Source of the DNA: Flavobacteriaceae bacterium
GTDB taxonomy: Bacteria > Bacteroidota > Bacteroidia > Flavobacteriales > Flavobacteriaceae
Direction of reading: 5' to 3'
DNA: 54,064 nt
Assembly: GCA_029245825.1 (NCBI GenBank)
Contig: JAQWON010000011.1
Span: forward strand, 1 to 54,064
Shown piece after piece: positions 47,114 to 54,064 of this stretch; within the stretch, counting starts at the first letter, position 1; each line of letters starts with the position of its first letter. The notes under the pieces are model-generated. The model was not told the DNA's origin and searched no databases. It worked only from the letters and a program-made list of their open reading frames with translations. The translations under genes and the position numbers were made by a program.

Positions 47114-48157
47114 CTATTTTGATAATAATTCAATTGCTTTTTCAATTATTACTTTAGGATCAATAGATCTCAAAGCTTTTTGATATCCCTTAAAAACTTT
47201 TTTCCCATATATTGAAGTTGGAATCAGAGGATATTTCTCTCTATCTAAAAATATAGAATTTTCTATTGGTTGGCCAAAAGGGGTAAACCCGCAAAAAGGA
47301 TGAGTTACTCCCCATAATGTTATTGTAGGTATACCAAAATTTGATGAAAGGTGTCCGTTTGCAGAGTCCATAGATATCATCAAATCTAAGTTTGAAATTA
47401 AATTAATTTCATCACCAAAAGAAATTAATCCTACGGTTGAAAAAACATTGGGATAAGCACTTTGCCAAATATCAAATTTCTGACTTTCCTTTTTGCCTTT
47501 GCCAAATAAAAAAAGCTTATAATCTTTTTGCAAGTAAGATATAACTTTTTGCATTAGATCTAAAGGGTAAATTTTACCTGGGAAAGCAGCAAAAGGAGCG
47601 ATTCCAATCCACTTTTCATTATTATTTTTGAGTATTTCTTTTAATATTCTTTTAGGAACCATTCCCTTTTTTAGTGGGAATTCATGCTTCTGCATATCAA
47701 CAGGGAACCCAAGTCTTCTGAATACATCTGCATATCTATATATAGTAGGTGTCAGAGGTTGAAATTTTTTGTTTTTTTTTCTTGTCAACAAATATTTTTC
47801 AAATCTAGCTTTTGTTATTTTTTTAACTTGAAAAAGGTTAATCTTAAAAAAAAAGCAAAGTAAATGTGTGCGTATTACTGAATGTAAGTCAGCTATTCTG
47901 GTTATTGGAATTTTTCTCAAATCATTATATAGTTGATAAATCCCTTTTAGTCCCTTATGCCTGTGGTTAAAATCAACAGCAAAAAAATTAATACCTTTAA
48001 ATTCTTTAAACAGAGGTTCCATTGCCTTTCTACTAACAATTGTTATCTGTAAATTCGGATATGTTTTTAATAAACATCGTATAACTGGAATAGTTAAAGC
48101 AACGTCTCCTAGAGAGGAAAATCGAAGAATTAGTAAATGCTCCTTTTTTTGAGTCAA
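47114..48157 (-). CDS. Glycosyltransferase family 9 (LPS heptosyltransferase-like)
   Basis: RFSSLGDV, DLH, IGIAPFA, MDSANGH, TLWG. Confidence 0.92.
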   Translation of the reverse strand: MTQKKEHLLILRFSSLGDVALTIPVIRCLLKTYPNLQITIVSRKAMEPLFKEFKGINFFAVDFNHRHKGLKGIYQLYNDLRKIPITRIADLHSVIRTHLLCFFFKINLFQVKKITKARFEKYLLTRKKNKKFQPLTPTIYRYADVFRRLGFPVDMQKHEFPLKKGMVPKRILKEILKNNNEKWIGIAPFAAFPGKIYPLDLMQKVISYLQKDYKLFLFGKGKKESQKFDIWQSAYPNVFSTVGLISFGDEINLISNLDLMISMDSANGHLSSNFGIPTITLWGVTHPFCGFTPFGQPIENSIFLDREKYPLIPTSIYGKKVFKGYQKALRSIDPKVIIEKAIELLSK

Positions 48158-48159
48158 AA

Positions 48160-48765
48160 TTATTGTTTCTTTCTATGATAGAGGATCGGGTTTAAGGAAT
48201 CATCATTGTACATTTTCATTTGCCTGTAAACTTTCATAATTTTTGTTCCGCTAGCAATGTCCTCTAATAAATCATTGATGGAATTGGAAAGATCTAATCT
48301 TTGGGTTAATAAAACCTGTAATTTCTCTTGACAATTTTTTTTATGTATAGTAGCAGCTTCTCTTTCCGTTTCCTCACGCATGTGAAAAATTTTAATTTCT
48401 AAAATAGAGAGTCTATCAATTGCCCAAGCTGGACTTTCAGAGTTTATCTTTGCGTTTTTTTTTGGATTTACATTTTTATATTTCTCTAGAAAAAAATCAT
48501 CTATTTTTTCTACAATGTTTGTTCTAACCTGATTTGACGCATCAATTTTGCGTTTTATTGACATCCCTTTATAGTCTTTAATTACAGGATCGCGAATGAT
48601 ATCTTCGTAGTGCCACTGAATTACATCAACCCAATTTTTATAATATAATAAATGTGATAAATCTCCTTCCTTGTATGGATTATTTATTTTTTGATTTACA
48701 GAATCTTTTATATGATAATTATCTATACTATTCTGAAAAATTTTTACTGCTTTAGCACTTATCAT
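48160..48765 (-). CDS. DUF4254 protein
   Basis: QWHYEDIIRDP, KRKIDASNQ.R, SESPAWAIDRLSI, YRQMKMYND. Confidence 0.88.
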   Translation of the reverse strand: MISAKAVKIFQNSIDNYHIKDSVNQKINNPYKEGDLSHLLYYKNWVDVIQWHYEDIIRDPVIKDYKGMSIKRKIDASNQVRTNIVEKIDDFFLEKYKNVNPKKNAKINSESPAWAIDRLSILEIKIFHMREETEREAATIHKKNCQEKLQVLLTQRLDLSNSINDLLEDIASGTKIMKVYRQMKMYNDDSLNPILYHRKKQ

Positions 48766-48850
48766 TGTTTGAAACTTTAATTAAAAAAATCTGATAAATA
48801 TACAATTTGCTGAAGATTTTTTTAAAAACCCTTAAACTAATAATGGCTTA

Positions 48851-49801
48851 TTAAAGATGAAGTATCTTAAAATCAATTAGTTTAAAAATAATAATTGCAA
48901 TAAGTGAAAATGAGATTAAATAATTTTTTATAAGTCTTGATCTAATTTTGGTCAAAAAAATTCCAACAAAATAAGCGTTAGGAATAAAACTTAAAAACCA
49001 CCTCCCATCACCAACATTAAGACCAAGAATTCCAATCAAGATAGATGCATATAACCAAAAAGACATAAATTTAAATCCTGAAATATTCTCTGGATTTGAA
49101 TTTTTCTCGTAAGTCTTGGGTTTATAAAAAATTGTTACATACACTGATAGGATGATAATTATACCCCAAAGAAAGTCAGCCTTTGATTGAATAGTGAAAT
49201 CCCATAAATCAAGTTTCATAAATGCATAAAAAGAGCCAAAAAACTTATCTGGAATAACAATACTAATAGCATTAACAAATAGAGGAACAAAAATAACCGG
49301 AAGAAAGAAACAAATAAGATGTTTGATGTCACGATATTTTTGTTGTAACAACATTACTAATGGGATAAGATAAAAAATAGCAAGAAAATTATTATAGATT
49401 AAAATAAGTGAAAATATAAAGGATAAATCAAATAGGTTTTTAGCTGAGTTCTCAGAGAATAAAACTTTGCCATAAACATACTTTGAATAAACTAGCATTA
49501 GTCCTAAAAAAAATTTTGAAACTACTAATCCTGAGCCATGAGGGAAAAAAAGGAACGCTAGGGGGAAGGCTAGTAAATGGATTGAACTATAATTGCTGTA
49601 TGCATATCTAGTCTCTAAATAAGTTATCATTAATATATAAAAAACAAAAAAGGCCCAAAAAACTATTGCGTTAAGTATAATTTGAAAAGAGAAAAAGGGA
49701 TAATTTTTACAAAACTGAATAAAAAAAACAGTGAAAAAAGAAAAAATCAAAGAGCTGAAATATGCTTTATAAGTAGTTTTTTCAAATAAATTGGCAATCA
49801 T
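48851..49801 (-). CDS. Polytopic membrane protein (DUF6427-like)
   Basis: About 9 TM segments; MIANLF start, LFD motif; position near purD. Confidence 0.6.
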   Translation of the reverse strand: MIANLFEKTTYKAYFSSLIFSFFTVFFIQFCKNYPFFSFQIILNAIVFWAFFVFYILMITYLETRYAYSNYSSIHLLAFPLAFLFFPHGSGLVVSKFFLGLMLVYSKYVYGKVLFSENSAKNLFDLSFIFSLILIYNNFLAIFYLIPLVMLLQQKYRDIKHLICFFLPVIFVPLFVNAISIVIPDKFFGSFYAFMKLDLWDFTIQSKADFLWGIIIILSVYVTIFYKPKTYEKNSNPENISGFKFMSFWLYASILIGILGLNVGDGRWFLSFIPNAYFVGIFLTKIRSRLIKNYLISFSLIAIIIFKLIDFKILHL

Positions 49802-49839
49802 ATGTGTTTTTATTAAATTCGCAATATATATAAACTGTT

Positions 49840-50073
49840 ATGAACTGGAAAAATTTTTTTGAAGGGATTGCTTCGCTTTTTGAAAATCTACTCTTTATTC
49901 CTTATGAAAGTCTAAGATCATTACAGCTAGATAGTTGGTGGGCTGCTAATATTATCTCTTGGATTTTTCTTTCGATTGGCTTAATTGCATCTATATATTG
50001 GATTTATCAACTCAATTTATCTGATAAAAGAGGTGAAGAAAATAAGGAGATTACTGCACATCCTTTTCTATAG
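49840..50073 (+). CDS. DUF6341-like small membrane protein
   Basis: FFEGIA.LF..LF.PY, WWAAN..SW.F, TAH.FL end. Confidence 0.7.
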   Translation: MNWKNFFEGIASLFENLLFIPYESLRSLQLDSWWAANIISWIFLSIGLIASIYWIYQLNLSDKRGEENKEITAHPFL

Positions 50074-51339
50074 GTCAAACCCAATATCTTTTCTATAATT
50101 CATTCCATCAAAATTAATCTTTTTCAACTCTTTGTATGATTTATTTATAGCCTCTTTAAAACTCTCTTCTAAAGATGTAATTGCTAATACCCTTCCTCCA
50201 TTAGTATAGATATTTGAACCTTTTGATACAGTTCCTGCATGAAAAACATTACTGTCTTGAATTTCATCAATGTTACGAATTTTTTTGCCTTTTTCATATG
50301 ATCCAGGATATCCTCCCGATACTGCAAAAATTGTTGTAGCAAACTTATGATCTACCTCTAGTTTTATTTTAGATATCTCTTTAGATGCAATGGATGATAA
50401 TATTTCACCAAAATCATTTTTTATCCTTGGAAGAACTACTTGTGTTTCAGGGTCTCCCATTCTGACATTATATTCTATAACGTAGGGTGAATTCTGAACT
50501 TTGATTAAACCGATAAAAATAAATCCCACATAATTAATCTTCTCCTGGGCTAAGCCTTTGATTGTTGGCTTAATTATATTTTCATCTATTTTATTTAAGA
50601 AAGACTCATCAACAAAAGATACAGGAGAAACTGCTCCCATCCCTCCGGTATTTAATCCAGTGTCTCCTTCTCCTATTCTTTTATAATCTTTTGCCAGAGG
50701 TAATGTCAAATAGGATTCGCCATCTGTTATTAAAAAACACGACAATTCAATCCCTTTCAAGAATTCTTCAATAACCACTTTTTCTGATGCTGAACCAAAT
50801 TTTTTTCCCACTAACATTTCTGAAAGTTCTGTTTTTGCTTGAGCTAAATCATTAATTATTAAAACTCCTTTACCTGCTGCTAATCCATCTGCTTTTAATA
50901 CATAAGGTGGCTTTAAAGTATTTAAAAATTTGTGCCCTTCTTTAATAGTTCTTTTATCAAAAGTTGCATATTTTGCTGTTGGAATAGAATTCCTTTCCAT
51001 AAATTTTTTTGCAAAATCTTTGCTACCCTCTAACATAGCAGCCTTTTTTGTTGGCCCTATTACAGGTATAGGATTTAGAATTTTATCAGATAAGAAAAAA
51101 TCATGAATACCATTAACTAAAGGGTCTTCTGGACCTACAAGAACCATTTCAATTTTGTTTTTTATTACTTCTTCCTTAATTGCTAAAAAATCATTCACGC
51201 TTATATCTAAATTTACCCCAAGCTCACTTGTCCCAGCATTTCCTGGTGCAATAAAAATATCATTAACGATCTTGCTTTTAGATAGCTTCCAACAAAAGGC
51301 ATGTTCTCTACCTCCCCCTCCTAATATCAAAATATTCAT
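50068..51339 (-). CDS. purD: Phosphoribosylamine--glycine ligase
   Basis: GGGGREHA, APGNAG, KADGLAAGKGV, NTGGMGA, EYNVRMGDPE. Confidence 0.98.
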   Translation of the reverse strand: MNILILGGGGREHAFCWKLSKSKIVNDIFIAPGNAGTSELGVNLDISVNDFLAIKEEVIKNKIEMVLVGPEDPLVNGIHDFFLSDKILNPIPVIGPTKKAAMLEGSKDFAKKFMERNSIPTAKYATFDKRTIKEGHKFLNTLKPPYVLKADGLAAGKGVLIINDLAQAKTELSEMLVGKKFGSASEKVVIEEFLKGIELSCFLITDGESYLTLPLAKDYKRIGEGDTGLNTGGMGAVSPVSFVDESFLNKIDENIIKPTIKGLAQEKINYVGFIFIGLIKVQNSPYVIEYNVRMGDPETQVVLPRIKNDFGEILSSIASKEISKIKLEVDHKFATTIFAVSGGYPGSYEKGKKIRNIDEIQDSNVFHAGTVSKGSNIYTNGGRVLAITSLEESFKEAINKSYKELKKINFDGMNYRKDIGFDL

Positions 51340-51378
51340 CTTTAAATTATTTTTTCTTTATCAAATCAACTGGGAAGC

Positions 51379-52230
51379 TTATCGAAACAACCTCTTAAAA
51401 ATTCCTCTCCAGCGACTATTCTTTATAAACTTACCCTGCTCTCTATTAACAAGAAATGACATTTTTTTTGATTTGGCCATAAAATATCCTTTTAAATAAC
51501 TTTCAATTATAGAAAAACGACCTTTATTAATAGCTGATTTTATTCCAGAAAGAAAAGTTAAAATAATACCCAAACGCATTCTAAAAGAGGCTACTCCTTG
51601 TAACTTTTCAGATTCACGATTGTATCTGTCCCCTGTAGCTCTTAGGTGTTTTACTTTTAGTTTTGAGTCAACCAAAATATTCCATGAATAATATTTTGCT
51701 AAAAATTCGTCTATTGTATCCCATCCAATTGAATTTTTTATTTTACCTATTTCAATAAAACAATCTTTCCTGTAGGACTTAATAGCTCCTCTTATGTGAT
51801 CATCTCTATACTTATTCTCAGGAATCCATCTTTCTTCTCTTTTTATATAACAAACACCACCAACTATTCCAAGTTTACTATTTCTCCTAAAATGGTTATA
51901 TATTCTTTCAATATAATCTGGATCAAAGATTAAATCTGCATCAAACTTAGAAATTATGTCATATTGATCATCCAGAATAGCATAGCCTTCATAAAAAGCA
52001 TTTATAATTTTGGCTCCTGGAGTATGGTCTGATGATGAACTTACATTTACGCTTTTTATCCAGTTATATTTCCTGCAAAATTCAGACACAATTTTCTCTG
52101 TATTATCATCAGAATTATCATTAACAATAACTAGTTTTTTTGGTAGTCTTGTTTGATTAACTAATGAATTTAAGGTCAAGCCTATAGTCTTACTTTCATT
52201 ATGTGCAGGAATAATTATGTAAAATTTCAA
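51379..52230 (-). CDS. Glycosyltransferase family 2
   Basis: IIIPAHNE, VNDNSDD, FDAD, GWDTID. Confidence 0.92.
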   Translation of the reverse strand: MKFYIIIPAHNESKTIGLTLNSLVNQTRLPKKLVIVNDNSDDNTEKIVSEFCRKYNWIKSVNVSSSSDHTPGAKIINAFYEGYAILDDQYDIISKFDADLIFDPDYIERIYNHFRRNSKLGIVGGVCYIKREERWIPENKYRDDHIRGAIKSYRKDCFIEIGKIKNSIGWDTIDEFLAKYYSWNILVDSKLKVKHLRATGDRYNRESEKLQGVASFRMRLGIILTFLSGIKSAINKGRFSIIESYLKGYFMAKSKKMSFLVNREQGKFIKNSRWRGIFKRLFR

Positions 52231-52236
52231 AATAAA

Positions 52237-52749
52237 TTAATTCATTTTTTTAGCATATACAATATAATATCTGGGATAAAAGTTTCTAAGAATTGGTCTA
52301 AAACCAATCTTTCTAGATGGATTTGTCCACTTATCCTTTGCTATTATTTTCCACCCTGCTTTCTCCAATAGCCAGTTAAATTGCCACTCTTCAAATTCAT
52401 GATAATGTCTGTCCCTGGGATCAGTAGTGCTACGATATGCATTTGAAAACCATAGCTTTAGAGGAACGCTAGCAATCAGATTTTCTGCTTTTATTTTCTT
52501 TAATAAGATGTATGGAGAAAGTAAATGTTCTAAAATTTCTAACGCAGACACAACATTGGCATTTGAATTAGCAAGCGATGATAAATCTTCATCCAAATCC
52601 TCACCTTTAGTGTTTTCTACATAATATCCATTGTCTCTTAATATTTGAGAAAAAGGATTTTCTATGCCCAAATCTAAAATGTTTTCATCTAGAGGAACAT
52701 GCTTTTTAAAAAAATTTAAAGTCCTATTATATCTTTTTTTTGGATACAT
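52237..52749 (-). CDS. Class I SAM-dependent methyltransferase-like protein
   Basis: ILDLG, EILEHL, HYHEF. Confidence 0.8.
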   Translation of the reverse strand: MYPKKRYNRTLNFFKKHVPLDENILDLGIENPFSQILRDNGYYVENTKGEDLDEDLSSLANSNANVVSALEILEHLLSPYILLKKIKAENLIASVPLKLWFSNAYRSTTDPRDRHYHEFEEWQFNWLLEKAGWKIIAKDKWTNPSRKIGFRPILRNFYPRYYIVYAKKMN

Positions 52750-52761
52750 TTCTGCAAATTA

Positions 52762-54063
52762 TTATTTTCTTTTTGAAATTAACTTCTCAACAATATTTCT
52801 GTCGTTAGAAAGTCTTGGTACTTTATTCTGTCCTCCTAATTTTCCGATTTCTTTCATGTATTTTTTAAAGCCATCTTTGACAACTTCAGTAACGACTAGT
52901 TTTTTTAATATTTTACCACTGATAAGATCGTCATAATAAAGATTTTGGTTTCTCATTTCTTTGTCTAAATGAAGAGAAAATTTAGAAATATTATCTGGAC
53001 GCTTATCAAAATCTATAAACCATTCATGGTATGGTAATCCACTTGAAGGATTTATTTGAGGAGCAACTGTAAACTCTCTAATAACACAAAAAGTTTTTTC
53101 AGAAGCTATCTTAATTGCAGTTTCAACTTCTTTCCCGATAACATGCTCACCAAAAGCGGAGATAAAATGCTTAATTCTACCAGTCACTATTACTCGATAT
53201 GGAGATAAACAAACAAACTTAATTGTATCTCCTAAATTATATGCCCATAAGCCTGCTGAAGTGGAAATTATCATTACATATTCAATTCCTTTTTTGACTT
53301 GACTCAATGGAATTCTATCATTATTAACCCCAAAATCCCTAGCTTCAATGAACTCATAAAAAATACCATTATTAACTAGAAGGAGTAAGCCTGTTTCTTT
53401 TTGTTTGTCTTGATATGCAAAGAATCCTTCAGAGGCAGGGAAAACCTCTAAAGAATCTATTTGCTTACCGATCAATTTTTTGAATAACGTTTTGTAAGGG
53501 TCATAATTGACTCCTCCGTGGACAAAAAGTGAAAAATTTTCAAATATTTCACTTATTCTTTTTTCCCTCTTATTTATTATTTTTTCAAAATACATCTGAA
53601 CCCAAGAAGGTATTCCTGAAATTAAGGTCATGTTTTGACTTAAGGTCTCATCAATTATCATATCTACTTTTTTTTCCCAGTCCTCAATGCAATTTGTCTT
53701 CCAAGTGGGCATTCTATTTTTTTGCAGATAGTTTGGAACATAGTGTGCTGCTATTCCTGATAGTCGTCCAATATGGATTCCGTTTTTTTCTTCTAAAATA
53801 GGACTGCCCTGTAAAAAAATATGCTTCCCATTTATAAATGAAGAATTGCCTGTTTCATGAATATAGTTTAGCAATGAATCTCTTGCAGAAATTATATGAG
53901 TTCTCATGGATTCTTTTGTTATAGGGATATACTTGAGTCCTGAAGTTGTCCCGCTGGTTTTAGCAAAATAAATTGGTTTCCCAGGCCAAAGAACATTAAT
54001 TTCTCCAGAAAAAATTTTGTCAATATAGGGTTTAATATCCTCATAGTCTTTTATAGGAACATT
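52762..54063 (-). CDS. GH3 auxin-responsive promoter family acyl-amido synthetase-like protein (5' truncated by window edge)
   Basis: Frame is open to the window end (VPIKDYED...LWPG...AKTSGTTSGLKYIP); ASEG, GLWAY.LGD, GGQNKVPRL. Confidence 0.92.
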   Translation of the reverse strand, partial: NVPIKDYEDIKPYIDKIFSGEINVLWPGKPIYFAKTSGTTSGLKYIPITKESMRTHIISARDSLLNYIHETGNSSFINGKHIFLQGSPILEEKNGIHIGRLSGIAAHYVPNYLQKNRMPTWKTNCIEDWEKKVDMIIDETLSQNMTLISGIPSWVQMYFEKIINKREKRISEIFENFSLFVHGGVNYDPYKTLFKKLIGKQIDSLEVFPASEGFFAYQDKQKETGLLLLVNNGIFYEFIEARDFGVNNDRIPLSQVKKGIEYVMIISTSAGLWAYNLGDTIKFVCLSPYRVIVTGRIKHFISAFGEHVIGKEVETAIKIASEKTFCVIREFTVAPQINPSSGLPYHEWFIDFDKRPDNISKFSLHLDKEMRNQNLYYDDLISGKILKKLVVTEVVKDGFKKYMKEIGKLGGQNKVPRLSNDRNIVEKLISKRK

Positions 54064-54064
54064 G

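Noticed and set aside
2462..53801. Short overlapping ORFs in the track (for example 2462, 4986, 5071, 7981, 10290, 14622, 15191, 16763, 18817, 22675, 23879, 28138, 28562, 30289, 33261, 36243, 37748, 39482, 40292, 40348, 41064, 44117, 51155, 52427, 52664, 53529)
   Set aside because: All lie within or antisense to well-supported genes and have no recognisable motifs; treated as shadow ORFs.

Overview
AT-rich, densely coded chromosomal segment of a Bacteroidota (very likely a streamlined marine Flavobacteriaceae) genome. All calls come from motif and family recognition by eye; no searches were run. (1) 1-16.2 kb is a polysaccharide utilisation locus (PUL): susC/susD, a GH16 lipoprotein, a VCBS/ASPIC lipoprotein, an HGSNAT/NagX-like membrane protein, a UPF0309 SIS protein, two DUF1080 proteins, a CBM9-like/DUF5916 protein and a Tat-exported Gfo/Idh/MocA oxidoreductase, followed by a DoxX-like gene. 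This is the best candidate for an uncharacterised system: redox-elimination glycoside breakdown coupled to amino-sugar handling. (2) 16.2-22.7 kb is a patch of small accessory genes ending at tRNA-Ala(GGC), whose 3' flank carries att-like repeats and a 32-codon integrase-like stub fused in frame to a pterin dehydratase gene. (3) 22.7-54 kb is core genome (queD, PBP1A, gldH, trhO, recA, trpS, EnvC-like, dut, atpBEFHAG, bactofilin, sprE/porW, GT9, purD, GH3-auxin family), apparently compacted. The ATP synthase operon has three anomalies: an in-frame TAA and a DD->DY change in atpA, and no ATG/GTG/TTG start for full-length atpB. Sequencing or amplification error is the leading explanation for the atpA changes. 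No CRISPR array, rRNA or intact mobile element was seen.
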